From positions 72,628 to 136,627 of the forward strand of contig CALYBD010000001.1 in the NCBI GenBank assembly GCA_944393745.1: DNA of 64,000 bases, written 5' to 3'. A model generated the notes under the pieces. That model did not search any database. It was given only the letters and a program-made list of their open reading frames with translations, and was not told where the DNA came from. The stretch's first letter is position 1. Each line of letters opens with the position of its first letter. The stretch comes from an uncultured Alphaproteobacteria bacterium. GTDB taxonomy: Bacteria; Pseudomonadota; Alphaproteobacteria; CAAGCB01; CAG-977. Both the position numbers and the translations under genes were made by a program. This document shows, piece after piece, positions 38,139 to 50,022 of the stretch.

Positions 38139-40775
38139 ATGAAACAATCGAAAACAACGATGAAAGAATTGACGCGCCGCTATCGCGCGGTGCTGATCAA
38201 ATGCGCTTTGCTGAATTTGGCGGCATTTTCCGTCGCAATGCCGGCAAAGGCGGATGTTGTAATCGGCGATGGAGATACAGCAATTTATACACGAATTTCC
38301 AAAAAAGGAGAAGGAGAGGAAAAAAGAAATCGTTACACGATTAAAGTCAACAACAACGACGAAGAATTTTTCAACTTTTCTCCCGACGCTTTGAAAATGA
38401 CGGGCGGGAATCTGATTGTTGAATCCAAAGTCGGCGATTGGCTGGATTGGCAGGGAACGGGCGGTATCGACATTTCCGGCGGAACGGTTTCGGCAAAAAA
38501 TGAAGAAACTTTGAGCTTTTACCGCGGTCCGGTGTCAATTTCGGGAAACGCCGTTATCAATACGGCGATGATGTCCGATGTAAACACAACAATTTCCGGC
38601 GGAAGAATCACACTTGCCGATACAAACGACGCCAACAGAGAACTGTACTTCGGCAAAGGATTGGGGATTGACGCGGCGGATGAACAAACTTCCGGAACTT
38701 TATCAATTTCCGGCGGCGACATCACTTTGGGGAAAAACCGTTATATTGTGTTGTTGAGAGAATGGGGCGATGATGACACGGAAAACCTTCCCGCCGCCTA
38801 TCACGGAGACATTAAAATCAGCGGTGGAAATATTACGCTGAATAAAAACGCTCAAATTATCAGAACCGATAACGACAACAACGAAGTCGGCAAAACTCTG
38901 GTTTTCAACTATCTGAAAGATTCCCGTCCGAATGAACTGTCCAAAACAACGGGTGAAATCGACATCTCCGGCGGAACGGTTACTCTCAACGACACGGCGT
39001 CGATTGTAAATCATTCGTCCGACGGCACAATTCGCATTTCCGACGCGGCAATCATCAATGTCAACGGAAACAACAGATTTGAAAACGCAAAGGGCATCGC
39101 CGCGGCGGACTTTACGGGCGGCGAAATCAACTTGAACGGCGCGCTGACGGCGAACATTGCCGCAACGGGAGGAACGATTGTTTTCGGCAAAGAAACGGCT
39201 CGTCTGAACGGCGATTTGTCGGGGTCGAATGTTGATTTGATATTCAAAGACAACTATGCGCTGTCCAACTTGAACAACAAAGCGACATTGAAAAACATCA
39301 CCATCGCCGACGGCAAAACGCTGGACATCGGAACGGGTACGCTGACGGCTGATCTGATTTCCGGCGGAACGATTTCGGCGATTTTGACCGACGCGGCGAA
39401 AACGTCCGCGATCGTCAATGCGACGGCGCAAAACGCAACGCTGAAACTGGACATGAGCAACGCTTCGCGCGACGCGGTGACGGAATACAAAATCACAAAC
39501 GGCGTGGGTTTCACGTTCGGCGACTATGCGACCAACCGCTACGCCGTATCCGATTCCGAATTCGACATCGCCGCCGCCAAAACGCTTGAAAAGCTGAGCA
39601 ACTGGAAAGGCGGCAATTTGTGGATTTTGCGTTTGGCGACCGCTTCCGAAGCCGCAATTGAAGATTTGGAAAAATCCGGCGTCGTATTGCCCGAAAGCGA
39701 AAAACAGGCGTCGAAAATTCTGGATCTGGCGAACGAAGTGCTAAACAAGCTGCCCGAACATACGCAAAAGATCATTGAAAAAGTCAACGACTTGCTGGAC
39801 AAGGCGGCGGGCAAAACCGCCGAAGTGCGCCAAATCCTAAAAGAAGTCGCCCCCGACACCGCTCAATCCGGCTCGAAAATGGCGACAAGCACGGCGAAAT
39901 CCGTCATCAACGTCGTCGGATCGCGTTTCGGCGGCGGCATGAAATCGGGCGGATCGTTCGGCGGGCGCGGTCGTTCGGGCGGTGATTACGCCGCCGGCAG
40001 ATCGTCCGTTTGGGCGCAGGGCATGATGAACTACGCCAAACTGGATAAAGAGGACGGCTTCAACGCGCATTCAAACGGATTCGCGGCGGGCGCCGAAGTC
40101 AACTTCACCGACAGCTTCAAAGCCGGTATCGGTTACGCCTACACGTCCGGCGACATTTCGACCGACCGCGCGCAAACCGACGTCGATACGCACACGGGAT
40201 TTGTGTACGGCGAATACAAACCGCACAAAGCCTATGTCAACGGTGTTGTCAGCTACGGTCGTTCCAAATACGACGAAAAAACGCGCACGGTCGGTTTGAC
40301 CAGCGACTATAACGCCGACACGATCGCCGCGCAAATCGCCGCCGGATACGATTTAGGATTGCTGACCCCCGAAGCCGCCGTCCGTTTCACCAACGTCCGG
40401 TTGAAAGAATACACCGACGCGGCGGGCGCGACGTTGCGCGACAAAACGCAGAACACGTGGACGGGCGTCGCGGGGATCAAAGCGGCAAAAGGATATCACT
40501 TGACCGCGAATCCGAAAATCAACTTCACGCCCGAATTAAAGGTGGCGGCGACGTATGATTTCGCCCGCGACGACGAAAACCGCACGGTCGTCCTGCCCGA
40601 TCATTCCAGCTATGTCGTGTCCGGCGATCCGATGAAACGGTTCGGCGTCGAAACCGGCGCGGGATTGACGGTCACGTTCGGCAATTCCTCCGAACTTTCC
40701 GTCAGCTACGAAGGCAAATTCAAGGATCATTACAAAGATCACACCGGTATGGTCAATTTGAAAGTCAACTTTTAA
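38139..40775 (+). CDS. Type Va autotransporter (beta-helical passenger with ISGGxITL repeats + C-terminal beta-barrel)
   Basis: Extended signal peptide MKQSKTTMKELTRRYRAVLIKCALLNLAAFSVAMPAKA. Repetitive passenger. C-terminal barrel ends NLKVNF with an aromatic terminal residue. Confidence 0.8.
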   Translation: MKQSKTTMKELTRRYRAVLIKCALLNLAAFSVAMPAKADVVIGDGDTAIYTRISKKGEGEEKRNRYTIKVNNNDEEFFNFSPDALKMTGGNLIVESKVGDWLDWQGTGGIDISGGTVSAKNEETLSFYRGPVSISGNAVINTAMMSDVNTTISGGRITLADTNDANRELYFGKGLGIDAADEQTSGTLSISGGDITLGKNRYIVLLREWGDDDTENLPAAYHGDIKISGGNITLNKNAQIIRTDNDNNEVGKTLVFNYLKDSRPNELSKTTGEIDISGGTVTLNDTASIVNHSSDGTIRISDAAIINVNGNNRFENAKGIAAADFTGGEINLNGALTANIAATGGTIVFGKETARLNGDLSGSNVDLIFKDNYALSNLNNKATLKNITIADGKTLDIGTGTLTADLISGGTISAILTDAAKTSAIVNATAQNATLKLDMSNASRDAVTEYKITNGVGFTFGDYATNRYAVSDSEFDIAAAKTLEKLSNWKGGNLWILRLATASEAAIEDLEKSGVVLPESEKQASKILDLANEVLNKLPEHTQKIIEKVNDLLDKAAGKTAEVRQILKEVAPDTAQSGSKMATSTAKSVINVVGSRFGGGMKSGGSFGGRGRSGGDYAAGRSSVWAQGMMNYAKLDKEDGFNAHSNGFAAGAEVNFTDSFKAGIGYAYTSGDISTDRAQTDVDTHTGFVYGEYKPHKAYVNGVVSYGRSKYDEKTRTVGLTSDYNADTIAAQIAAGYDLGLLTPEAAVRFTNVRLKEYTDAAGATLRDKTQNTWTGVAGIKAAKGYHLTANPKINFTPELKVAATYDFARDDENRTVVLPDHSSYVVSGDPMKRFGVETGAGLTVTFGNSSELSVSYEGKFKDHYKDHTGMVNLKVNF

Positions 40776-40802
40776 TAACGAAAAGGCGGAGAAATTATCC
40801 TC
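40772..40802 (+). terminator. Intrinsic terminator after autotransporter (bidirectional with holA)
   Basis: aaaggcggagaaattatcctccgccttttt. Confidence 0.7.
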
Positions 40803-40832
40803 CGCCTTTTTCATCATGCCTGTTCGGGACGG

Positions 40833-41846
40833 TTACTTCCTTGCTTGCGCGGCGATTTGCATAAACACGCGGGCGACCGTCAGCTGTTGAGGTCGTCCCG
40901 TTTTTTTGCATTCCGTTTCAGTCCGCGTCAGCAAATCCAATGCCCGTCCGACTTTTATCAGGTTCCATTGTCTTAACTGGCGCTTAAATTCATCAACGCG
41001 TTTGAAATGAAGGCGCAAAGGGATAATTGCGGCTTCTACGCTTGATCCGTCAGAAATTTTAGCAAGTGTAAAGTGAAACTTTTTAAAATGTCCGGCAGCC
41101 GAACGTAACAAACCAATCGGGCTTTGTCCCTCTGCCAACAAACGATCCAATGTTTCATGCAGTTCTTTTTGCCGGCCGGCAGATAAAGCATACAACATCT
41201 GGTCAATCGACAAAGCCGATGCATCACCGATACAGGCTGCGGCATCGTCCATTGTTATTGTTTTTTGCGTTCCCATATAAGCAAACAATTTTTCCAGTTC
41301 GGAACGCGACTGCAGCCGATCCGCCCCCAGGTTATCGGCGATAAAGGTAATAACGTCCGGCGTTGTCTGAAATCCCCGGTCGGATAAAGTCTGAAAAACC
41401 AACCGCTTTAACGCTTCCCCTTCGTCCGCATAACAGGGAAAAACAGCCAGATCCGGCGATTCTGCAAACAACAACGGCAGCGAATCCTTTGTTTTTAATC
41501 CGCCGGCCGTAATGATCAACAGGGAATCCCCTTTGTATAAAGGCAAAAAATCCTTTAACACGGCCGTAAAATGATTATCCGCCCCGCGGACAATAATCGC
41601 GCGGCGGCCGCCCATCAAAGAAAGGGCGTTGGCTTCCGCCGACAACAGCGCCGGATCGTCTTTGATCTGCGCCGGCGTCAATTCCACCAAACGAAAAGGA
41701 TCCTTGTCGGCGACAACGGCCAGGCTCATGCGCGATCGGCATTCTTCGACCAATCCTTCGTCCTGGCCGTAAAACAAAACGGCTTTCAGATCCGGAGCGC
41801 CCGTTTTAAATAACGTTTCAAGGGCAGATTGTGTTAATTTCGTCAT
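40833..41846 (-). CDS. holA: DNA polymerase III delta subunit
   Basis: About 337 aa. Sits in the conserved leuS-lptE-holA arrangement, with a 4-bp overlap with lptE. Confidence 0.7.
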   Translation of the reverse strand: MTKLTQSALETLFKTGAPDLKAVLFYGQDEGLVEECRSRMSLAVVADKDPFRLVELTPAQIKDDPALLSAEANALSLMGGRRAIIVRGADNHFTAVLKDFLPLYKGDSLLIITAGGLKTKDSLPLLFAESPDLAVFPCYADEGEALKRLVFQTLSDRGFQTTPDVITFIADNLGADRLQSRSELEKLFAYMGTQKTITMDDAAACIGDASALSIDQMLYALSAGRQKELHETLDRLLAEGQSPIGLLRSAAGHFKKFHFTLAKISDGSSVEAAIIPLRLHFKRVDEFKRQLRQWNLIKVGRALDLLTRTETECKKTGRPQQLTVARVFMQIAAQARK

Positions 41847-42385
41847 TGTTCGGGCTTTTCGGAAACATCATAGCTTTTTAAAAACGCCGCCAGACGCAAG
41901 GCGATATCGTCTCCCAGAATTTTCATGATGCGTTCTTTGGCCGTTTGTTCGGCAACATCTGTTGCATAAGGAGACAACTGAACGTCATAACTGCTGCGTC
42001 CGACAGTACTGTCACTGAGCAATACACGATTTCCCGGATAAGAATACAGCGTATAATAAGCCGTAAATGTCATCACATAACGCGTTGCCAGGTTATCCTG
42101 CCTGACCCCCTGCTGAGAAAGTGCCGCTTCCGACAAACGAACGGACAACCTGTAACGGGGTGTCTGCGGTTCTCCGCGCGGTGACAGCCTGTCAACCAAA
42201 GACCGATGCAAAATTTGTCCCGTTCTGTCCGGAATTTCATCAACAAAAACAGCTGCCAGTTCTTTTACCAGTTGCTTTCCGGAAACAGAATCGTTTGTCC
42301 CCTGTCCGACATACAGCGGACGAAATCCGCAACCTGTCAGAAAAATAAACACAAATAAAAAAACTATTCTATGCAGCAACGACAT
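41843..42385 (-). CDS. lptE: LPS-assembly lipoprotein LptE
   Basis: Lipobox LTGCGF. Conserved position between leuS and holA. Confidence 0.7.
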   Translation of the reverse strand: MSLLHRIVFLFVFIFLTGCGFRPLYVGQGTNDSVSGKQLVKELAAVFVDEIPDRTGQILHRSLVDRLSPRGEPQTPRYRLSVRLSEAALSQQGVRQDNLATRYVMTFTAYYTLYSYPGNRVLLSDSTVGRSSYDVQLSPYATDVAEQTAKERIMKILGDDIALRLAAFLKSYDVSEKPEQ

Positions 42386-44954
42386 TGATCACTTTATTCT
42401 TTACAACAATGATTTTGCGAATGGTTTTACCGGCCAGCTGCGCCTGAACCGTCGGTAAGGCCAATGCGATTTCCTTAACGGTTTCGTCATCGCTGTCTTT
42501 GGCGACTTCTATTGTACCGCGCATTTTGCCCATAACCTGAACAGCCATGGTAATTTTATCGTCTGCGGCCAGCGCAACATCGGCAACAGGCCATTTTTCC
42601 GACGCCAACAACGTTTCGTTTCCGAGGAAATGCCACATTTCTTCGGCAATATGCGGTGCAATCGGCGCCATTAATCGAACCAGCGTTTCAAAAGCAAACC
42701 GATACGCGTACTTATCACCGTCATCCGTCAGCTTTAATTCACCGATCGCATTGGTTAATTCGCGTAAACGCGCAACGGCAACGTTAAAGCGTAATTTATC
42801 CAGATCTTCGGTCACCGAAACGATTGTTTTGTGCGCCATACGGACTAATTTGTCAGCCGCGGCGGACAAAGTTTCGGGGTTGGCCGTTTTTCCGGGACAG
42901 GCCAAAGCCATGCGCCATAAACGGTTAATATAACGCCAGGCGCCGTCAATACCGGCTTCCGTCCATTCCAGATCGCGTTCCGGCGGCGTATCCGACAGCA
43001 TAAAGACGCGTGCGGCGTCGGCTCCGTATGTCGTTAAAATCGTTTCGGGATCAACCAGATTATATTTTGATTTGCTCATTTTTTCAGACCGGCCGACCGT
43101 AACGGGCGTACCGTCTTTGATCTTTACCGCCGTGCCGTCGGATTTCTTTTCAACTTCCGTCGGAAACAACCAGTTGCCGTTCACGTCCTTATAGGTTTCA
43201 TGGCAAACCATGCCCTGCGTGAACAATCCTTTAAACGGTTCATCAATATCCAGATAGCCGCAGTCGCGCAAAGCCTTGGTAAAAAACCGGGCATATAACA
43301 GATGCAAAACGGCGTGTTCAATGCCGCCGATGTACTGATCAACCGGCAACCAATGGTTCGCCGCGTCTTTTTTAAAGCCGCAATCCGTTTCATGCGGCGA
43401 AGCGTAACGCGCAAAATACCACGAAGATTCAAAAAACGTATCAAACGTATCCGTTTCCCGCACGGCCGGTTTTCCGCAAACCGGGCAGGTAACATGCTTC
43501 CATGTCGGGTGACGTTCCAGCGGATTGCCGCCGGACGCTTCAAACGTGACGTCTTCGGGCAAAGTCACGGGCAGATCCTGTTCGGGAACAGGAACAATAC
43601 CGCAGTGTTCGCAATGAATAACGGGAATCGGACAGCCCCAGTAACGCTGACGTGAAACGCCCCAGTCACGCAAACGGTACTGCACGGTGGCTTTACCTTT
43701 TCCGATTTCTTCCAGTCGCTTGATCATTGCGGGAATTGCGTCTTTGGTCGCCAGGCCGTCCAGAAAGGCGGAATTGACCGCCACGCCGTCGGCAATATCG
43801 TCAAAGGCTTTATCTTCAACGACAGGCACGCCTTCATCTTTATGTGCGACAACGACACGGACGGGCAGACCGTATTTACGGGCAAAGTCCAAATCGCGCT
43901 GATCATGGGCGGGACAGGCGAAAACAGCGCCGGTGCCGTATTCCATTAATACGAAATTCGCCACATACAGCGGCAGTTCCGGATTGCCGCCCAGCTTTTT
44001 AAATTCTTCGGCAAACGGGTGCATAACCTTTAATCCCGTATCGAAACCTTTCTTTTCGGCCGCTTCAATCGTGGCAACCGATGTGCCCAGAGCTTCGCAT
44101 TCCTTGATAAACTTTGCCAGTTCCGGGTTGGTTTTTGCCAATTCCTGCGCAATCGGGTGACCGGCGGAAATCGCGCAGAAAGACGCTCCGAACAAAGTAT
44201 CCGCGCGCGTTGTAAAGACTTCCAGCGTTTTATCCGTTCCGATCACGGGGAAATACATATAAGCGCCATAAGATTTGCCGATCCAGTTTTCCTGCATCAG
44301 ACGGACTTTTTCCGGCCAGCCGTCCATTGTTTTCAGGTTTTCCAGTAATTCGTCGGCATAATCCGTAATTTTCAAAAACCACTGTGACAACTTGCGCCGT
44401 TCGACAGGAGCCCCCGTACGCCACCCTTTGCCGTCAACGACTTGTTCGTTCGCCAGAACCGTTTGATCGACAGGATCCCAGTTCACCCATGAATCCTTGC
44501 GGTAAGCCAGCCCTTTTTTCAAAAAGTCCAGAAACATTTTCTGTTCGTGTTTGTAATATTCGACCTCACACGTTGAAACTTCGCGGCTCCAGTCAATGGA
44601 AAGTCCCATTTTTTTCATTTCTTCGCGCATATTGGCGATATTTTCGCGTGTCCATTTCGCTGGGTGGACGCCGTGTTTAATCGCCGCGTTTTCTGCCGGC
44701 AGACCGAAAGAATCCCACCCCATCGGGTGCAGTACGTTATATCCTTGCGCCAGTTTAAAACGGGCAATCACATCGCCCTGAGCATAATTGCGCACATGTC
44801 CCATGTGAATTTTTCCGGACGGATACGGAAACATTTCCAAAGCATAATACTTTGGCTTTTCAGAAGTTTCCTTTACTTTGAAAACTTCAGCTTTTTCCCA
44901 GGCTTTTTGCCATTTTTCTTCGGTTGTACGGAAATTGTATCTTTCTTCGCTCAT
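42369..44954 (-). CDS. leuS: Leucine--tRNA ligase
   Basis: HMGH and KMSKS class-I motifs. About 861 aa. Confidence 0.95.
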   Translation of the reverse strand: MSEERYNFRTTEEKWQKAWEKAEVFKVKETSEKPKYYALEMFPYPSGKIHMGHVRNYAQGDVIARFKLAQGYNVLHPMGWDSFGLPAENAAIKHGVHPAKWTRENIANMREEMKKMGLSIDWSREVSTCEVEYYKHEQKMFLDFLKKGLAYRKDSWVNWDPVDQTVLANEQVVDGKGWRTGAPVERRKLSQWFLKITDYADELLENLKTMDGWPEKVRLMQENWIGKSYGAYMYFPVIGTDKTLEVFTTRADTLFGASFCAISAGHPIAQELAKTNPELAKFIKECEALGTSVATIEAAEKKGFDTGLKVMHPFAEEFKKLGGNPELPLYVANFVLMEYGTGAVFACPAHDQRDLDFARKYGLPVRVVVAHKDEGVPVVEDKAFDDIADGVAVNSAFLDGLATKDAIPAMIKRLEEIGKGKATVQYRLRDWGVSRQRYWGCPIPVIHCEHCGIVPVPEQDLPVTLPEDVTFEASGGNPLERHPTWKHVTCPVCGKPAVRETDTFDTFFESSWYFARYASPHETDCGFKKDAANHWLPVDQYIGGIEHAVLHLLYARFFTKALRDCGYLDIDEPFKGLFTQGMVCHETYKDVNGNWLFPTEVEKKSDGTAVKIKDGTPVTVGRSEKMSKSKYNLVDPETILTTYGADAARVFMLSDTPPERDLEWTEAGIDGAWRYINRLWRMALACPGKTANPETLSAAADKLVRMAHKTIVSVTEDLDKLRFNVAVARLRELTNAIGELKLTDDGDKYAYRFAFETLVRLMAPIAPHIAEEMWHFLGNETLLASEKWPVADVALAADDKITMAVQVMGKMRGTIEVAKDSDDETVKEIALALPTVQAQLAGKTIRKIIVVKNKVINVVAA

Positions 44955-44977
44955 AATCGGACTTTCAGCACAAAAGG

Positions 44978-45529
44978 TTAGTGGTTAAACGATTGCTTCA
45001 CAATATCATTTTTAATTTTATCTGCAAGTATTGCGTCATTTTTTTGATTAATCCAATCACCGTTTTTATCTTTTTGGCGGCGCAAGACCGTTATTTGAAT
45101 ATCCGTTCCGACCTTAACGACATTGATTTTCAACTGCCGTTGCGGGTTTTCGGGATCGGAAAACCACTCTGTCATCACCAGTTCGTCCGGCTGAATTTGG
45201 GCAATCGGATAATGCGACAACACCGGCAAAACGGCCGGCCATAACGGTTGATCAATCGTTTCTAAAGCAAGCCGTGGTGAAACGTTTTGCGTTTGATTTT
45301 TATTTTTTTCTGCTTCGGGCGGTGTGTTTTCCTTTTTCTTTGCGCCGGGACCAACAGAAAAAGTCAGATATTTTTTATCAAAAAGCGTTTCTTTTTTCTC
45401 AACTGCCGTGCGGGAAGACGGCATTTCATAACGTCCTTTGATTTTTTCAGGGTATTTGTACTCTACCTGCCCCGTCTGACAGGCATTTAAAAAACAGCAC
45501 AGTACCGAAATAATATACTTTCCCTGCAT
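44978..45529 (-). CDS. Lipoprotein of unknown function
   Basis: Signal/lipobox [17 protein letters not shown]. Confidence 0.45.
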   Translation of the reverse strand: MQGKYIISVLCCFLNACQTGQVEYKYPEKIKGRYEMPSSRTAVEKKETLFDKKYLTFSVGPGAKKKENTPPEAEKNKNQTQNVSPRLALETIDQPLWPAVLPVLSHYPIAQIQPDELVMTEWFSDPENPQRQLKINVVKVGTDIQITVLRRQKDKNGDWINQKNDAILADKIKNDIVKQSFNH

Positions 45530-45826
45530 TTTTGACTTTTTCTCCGCATTGCCTTTTTCAAGTTAAAAGATACCATATCATATCCGACTATGCCCGATAA
45601 CAAAAATAATTATGGCTTTTTAACAAGATATTGTATTACGGCCAGCTAATATTTTATTTACAAATTTATTAGAGTATATTTTTCGGGGCTTTTACGTTAC
45701 GGCCGGGAATTAAACGGTGTTTCGTTTCCGGAAAGCAAACGATCGTGCTTTTTTAAGCGTTTCTTAAGTTTCGGGTGTTGAACTGAACACATTGCAGTAA
45801 TTGATTTTTAAGGAGAAAAAATAATT

Positions 45827-47002
45827 ATGAAAAAGTATTTTCTTTCCGGGCTTTTCTTAACGACGGCTCTTCCGTTCACGGCTGCGGCTCAGACAACAAC
45901 CATTGAAGCTTTTGACCAGCCGATCGAATTGCAGCTGGGCGGTTTTATGAGCTGGTACGGAACATACGCCGATCAGAAAAAAACGACATTAAAATCCGGC
46001 GTTCCTGTCGGAGACTATAATAATTTTGATATCATGGGCGATGCCGAAATATATTTTTCGGGTTCAACCACTTTGCGAAACGGCGTTAAAATCGGCGCCA
46101 TCGTCCAATTGGAAGCCGGTACCGACAGCGACACCTCCGATCAGACGATAGACGAAACATACATGACGCTTGATTCCAAAATCGGGCGCATTATTGCCGG
46201 TAACGTAAAGAACGTTTCCAATCAGATGTCCGTTACGGCACCCACCGTCAGCACGCTGGGCGTACAGGAAACGGATTTCAGACGCGTCGTTGTGGTTCCC
46301 GAAGAATTTGCATACAACAAAGCGACTTATGCCCTGTTGGACGATATTTCAACGAAATTATCCTATATTACGCCGACGGTTTCCGGCTTTACCGCCGGGA
46401 TCAGCCTGATGCCGGGCAACAAGAAAAAAGGAAAAGACGCTGATGATCTGCTGATTCCGAGCGGCGGCATTAAATTATTCAAATACGGCGCGGACGCTAC
46501 GGCTTTGTTCCAACATGATTTCGGTTCTTTTGATGTGGAAGCCAGTGCTTCTTATACGTTTTACAAACCGAACCTTCATGCAAACAACAATTTCGCGGAC
46601 GAAAAAAATATCCACGAATACGGCGCCGGTCTGAATATTCATTTCGGAAACTGGTCCGTAGGCGGATCTTATCACTACACAAACATGTCCCGCGAAACGG
46701 CCGAATGGCTGAATCCTTACGCCAATGTTGCCAAAGGCGTCAGCTGGGACGCCGGCATCGAATTCAGCGCCGGGCCGTTTGCCGCCAGTGCAAACGTTTT
46801 TCAGTCCCGCGCCGACAGTATCACGGTTAACGGGAAAAAGGATATTTTCAGCCTGTATCAGCTTTCCGGACAATATAAAATTCTGGCCGGAGTCAGTCTT
46901 TTTGTTGATTTGGCCTATTTGGATTTTAAATCCGCTTCAGACATCCGCGGTTCAAGCAACAAAGGCCCTGCCGCCGCCATCGGCATGAACCTGAATTTCT
47001 GA
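45827..47002 (+). CDS. Outer-membrane porin (beta-barrel)
   Basis: Signal peptide ...TALPFTAAAQ. Alternating beta-strand pattern. C-terminal NLNF. Confidence 0.6.
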   Translation: MKKYFLSGLFLTTALPFTAAAQTTTIEAFDQPIELQLGGFMSWYGTYADQKKTTLKSGVPVGDYNNFDIMGDAEIYFSGSTTLRNGVKIGAIVQLEAGTDSDTSDQTIDETYMTLDSKIGRIIAGNVKNVSNQMSVTAPTVSTLGVQETDFRRVVVVPEEFAYNKATYALLDDISTKLSYITPTVSGFTAGISLMPGNKKKGKDADDLLIPSGGIKLFKYGADATALFQHDFGSFDVEASASYTFYKPNLHANNNFADEKNIHEYGAGLNIHFGNWSVGGSYHYTNMSRETAEWLNPYANVAKGVSWDAGIEFSAGPFAASANVFQSRADSITVNGKKDIFSLYQLSGQYKILAGVSLFVDLAYLDFKSASDIRGSSNKGPAAAIGMNLNF

Positions 47003-47012
47003 GAAAAGAATC

Positions 47013-47681
47013 ATGACCGTTTTGGAAAATTTCAACGCCGTTCGCGCCGCTGTTAAAAAAGCAGCGCAATACAGCAAAAGAAACCCCGAAGATATTACGC
47101 TTGTCGCCGTTTCAAAAATGCACGAACAAGAGGAGATTTTGGAATTGATCAAAGCAGGACAGCGTGTCTTTGCCGAAAACAGAGTTCAGGAAGCTTTGCG
47201 AAAATTCCCGCCTTTAAAAGAAAACTATCCCGATTTAAAGCTGCATCTGATCGGATCACTGCAAACCAACAAAGTCAAAGACGCCGTTCGTTTATTCGAT
47301 GTTATTGAAACGGTTGACCGGCCGGAACTGGCAAAAAAACTGGCCGAAGAAATGAATAAACAAAACAAAAACCTTCCCTGTTTTGTGCAGGTCAATACCG
47401 GCGAAGAACCGCAAAAAGGCGGATGTGTTCCACGTGAAACAATTTCACTGGTTAATCACTGTCGTAATTTGGGTTTGAATATAATCGGATTAATGTGTAT
47501 TCCACCGGTTGATGATGAACCGTCACCGCACTTTGCTTTGTTAAAAAAGCTGGCCGGTCAAGCCGGTCTGAAAGAACTTTCCATGGGAATGAGCGCCGAT
47601 TATCCCTTGGCCGTTCAGCAGGGAGCCACTTTTATCCGAATCGGTACCGCCTTGTTCGGTGCAAGAGATTATTCAAAATAA
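47013..47681 (+). CDS. yggS: YggS-family pyridoxal-phosphate homeostasis protein
   Basis: VAVSKxxxxxxIxxxxxAGQRxFAENRVQE motif of the alanine-racemase-N-domain YggS family. Confidence 0.85.
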   Translation: MTVLENFNAVRAAVKKAAQYSKRNPEDITLVAVSKMHEQEEILELIKAGQRVFAENRVQEALRKFPPLKENYPDLKLHLIGSLQTNKVKDAVRLFDVIETVDRPELAKKLAEEMNKQNKNLPCFVQVNTGEEPQKGGCVPRETISLVNHCRNLGLNIIGLMCIPPVDDEPSPHFALLKKLAGQAGLKELSMGMSADYPLAVQQGATFIRIGTALFGARDYSK

Positions 47682-47733
47682 AATTCTCCATAAAAAAGGC
47701 TCCGGTTTCCCGAAGCCTTTTTTTATTTTTTAA

Positions 47734-48414
47734 TCAAAAATCAAACCGAACGCCAACGGAAAATTCATTGGCTCTTGTTTTGATTTTCATACTGCCGATG
47801 TCAAAATCTTTTTTGACATCTTCAACCCGCAAATAGCGATAACCGATATCAAACGTTACATTTTCAGCCACTTCGAATCCCAAACCGGCATTTAAATTCC
47901 AGGCAAATTTTGTTTTGGAAATCGAAGCCAAATCCTCTGCGTCCTGATATTTTATCTTAATATCGGCCAGTCCCAATCCGAACCCGACATACGGTTTAAC
48001 AAACGTCTTTGTTGAAAAATCATAATAAGCATTCAACATATATGTCTGCATACCGAATTTTTCTTTTCCGACAATGTCTTCTTCAACAGACGTTTTTGAT
48101 TTCAGCGCACGGTACGCATATTCGATTTCGGCGCGGATTCCGTCTTCGGCACGGATTCCCTGCAAATCAGCACCGACGGCAATATTTACTCCCGGAGATT
48201 TAAAAGAAGAAGACCCGAAACTTTCTTCATCGTTTATTTTTACTTTTTCCCAAGAATAAACAGCTTTAACGGCAGCATACGGCGTTATGGCTTTTGTTTC
48301 CTTTTGAACGGCGGGTTGCCGTGATCCGGACACCGATTGATCGGCAACCGGCGCAGCCTGAACGGAAAAAGAAAACAAAACAGCTGCAGCTGTTAATAAT
48401 ATTGTTTTTTTCAT
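47734..48414 (-). CDS. Small outer-membrane beta-barrel protein (Omp25/RopB-like)
   Basis: Signal peptide. 226 aa. C-terminal ...VGVRFDF. Confidence 0.55.
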   Translation of the reverse strand: MKKTILLTAAAVLFSFSVQAAPVADQSVSGSRQPAVQKETKAITPYAAVKAVYSWEKVKINDEESFGSSSFKSPGVNIAVGADLQGIRAEDGIRAEIEYAYRALKSKTSVEEDIVGKEKFGMQTYMLNAYYDFSTKTFVKPYVGFGLGLADIKIKYQDAEDLASISKTKFAWNLNAGLGFEVAENVTFDIGYRYLRVEDVKKDFDIGSMKIKTRANEFSVGVRFDF

Positions 48415-48702
48415 TTTTTAAACCTTTCGTATATTCTTAACAGCCTGATCATAAATGAATGACTGTATTTTTTAAATATGGCCAAAAGGTCTGCTTTTTT
48501 TTAAACCAAAATGCGCATCACGGAAAAGGGATGGAACGATAGTTTTTACCGAGTGATGTTTGTTTATACCAACATATTGATATTATTGAATAAATAGGCG
48601 TTAATGAAGGTTGTGAGGACAAACTGAAATATACTTTCCTTTGGCGAAAAGCCCTTCCGGAAGTTACCTCCGTGTTACCTCAAATCGAAAGGATAAACGC
48701 CT

Positions 48703-50022
48703 ATGAATATCAATAAATCTTTCATCAACAGCCTGTCTTTTACGAGCAAGGAAACGACCTATTTCGACGATAGCGTCAAGGGCTTCGGCGTCCGCGTCTG
48801 CAAATCGTCCGCGAGTTATATTCTGATGTATCGCAACGCCTACGGGCGGCAAAAGAAGCTGACCATCTGTAAAACAACGCTGATGATGCCGACCGAAGCG
48901 CGGGACGAAGCCAAGCGGCTTTTGGCTTTGGTCGTTCAGGGCAAAGACCCGGAACAGGAAAAACTGGAACGCCGCAAAGAATTGACGATCGGCGAACTGG
49001 CGGACGAGTTCCTTAACTTCAAACTGCCGTTTCTGAAACAAGCGACACGGAACTCGTATCAATCGGCGGTCAAAAAGCACATCAAGCCGGATTTGGGCAA
49101 AATACCGATCAAAGCGTTCAGACATTCGGACGCTCAACGGTATTATAACGACTTGCTGATGGGAAAAGGGATAACGACCTTTCACTCCGAAAAAGAAGAC
49201 TTCCGGCATATCGGATCGGCGAACACGGTTCTCGTCCCTTTGCGGTGTATGTTCGATTACGCCCGTTCTTTGGGACTGGTGAACTTCAATCCGGTCAAGG
49301 AGTTGCAGACTTTCCCCAATCCGTGCAGTTACGAGTTCTTTGACGAAGCGGAAATCCGAAAGCTCGGCAGAATCATAAACACCTGCAATTACGTCAATCC
49401 GTATTATCTGAATGTTATCCGTTTGCTTGTAATGACGGGATGCCGGAAAAAGGAAATCGAAAATCTAAAATGGTCGTATATCGACTTCAAGCATCAGTTG
49501 TTCCTCTTTCCCGACACGAAGACGGGCGCGCAGGACAGACCGTTCGGCATAGCGGTCAAGGAGTTGCTTCTTCAAATGAAAGACGCCGTTCAGCCGCAGA
49601 GTAATGACAAGTTTGTGTTTCCGAAATCGGGGAAAGGAACGGACGTTGCCAAGAACTTCTTTCAGGTTCACGTCAAATCAAAGCCGGAGTTTGCGAAGAA
49701 GAAAGTTCACAGCTTGCGGCACACGTTTGCGTCGATGGCGGCGGCGATCGGCTTTCCGGAAGCGGTCGTGGCGAAGCTATTGGGACACAAGCAACAGAGT
49801 ATGACCGCGCGATACACGCACTTGACGGAAGACGCCGTTCAACAGGCGGCGGATAAGATAACGCGAAGGATTGCCGCGTTGCTGAATATCCCCGAACAAG
49901 GCGCCAAGCCGGAGGACGTGAAGATGTTTCCGCGGGGGATTCACCTTTACAAGCTTCATCTTGTGAAGTCGGAGAAATATCCGCGTCCGATACTCGCCCG
50001 AAAACAGAGGGCGGCGGGGTGA
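48703..50022 (+). CDS. int: Tyrosine-type site-specific integrase (phage integrase family)
   Basis: N-terminal arm-binding/SAM-like region, then a catalytic domain with R...HxLRH...Y (HSLRHTFAS ... RYTHL). Confidence 0.85.
   Translation: MNINKSFINSLSFTSKETTYFDDSVKGFGVRVCKSSASYILMYRNAYGRQKKLTICKTTLMMPTEARDEAKRLLALVVQGKDPEQEKLERRKELTIGELADEFLNFKLPFLKQATRNSYQSAVKKHIKPDLGKIPIKAFRHSDAQRYYNDLLMGKGITTFHSEKEDFRHIGSANTVLVPLRCMFDYARSLGLVNFNPVKELQTFPNPCSYEFFDEAEIRKLGRIINTCNYVNPYYLNVIRLLVMTGCRKKEIENLKWSYIDFKHQLFLFPDTKTGAQDRPFGIAVKELLLQMKDAVQPQSNDKFVFPKSGKGTDVAKNFFQVHVKSKPEFAKKKVHSLRHTFASMAAAIGFPEAVVAKLLGHKQQSMTARYTHLTEDAVQQAADKITRRIAALLNIPEQGAKPEDVKMFPRGIHLYKLHLVKSEKYPRPILARKQRAAG

Noticed and set aside
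38703-40334. Multiple long antisense ORFs (242, 106, 87, 86, 80, 77 aa) inside the autotransporter gene
   Set aside because: They lie on the opposite strand of a strongly supported repetitive GC-rich CDS. They have no RBS and no motifs, and they are typical artefacts of stop-codon-poor frames.
48420-48702. Searched for a tRNA or tmRNA gene as the integrase attachment site
   Set aside because: No cloverleaf-like sequence or T-loop (GTTCGA/TTCRANYC) motif is present on either side of the islet. The imperfect 19-bp direct repeats are the better boundary candidates.
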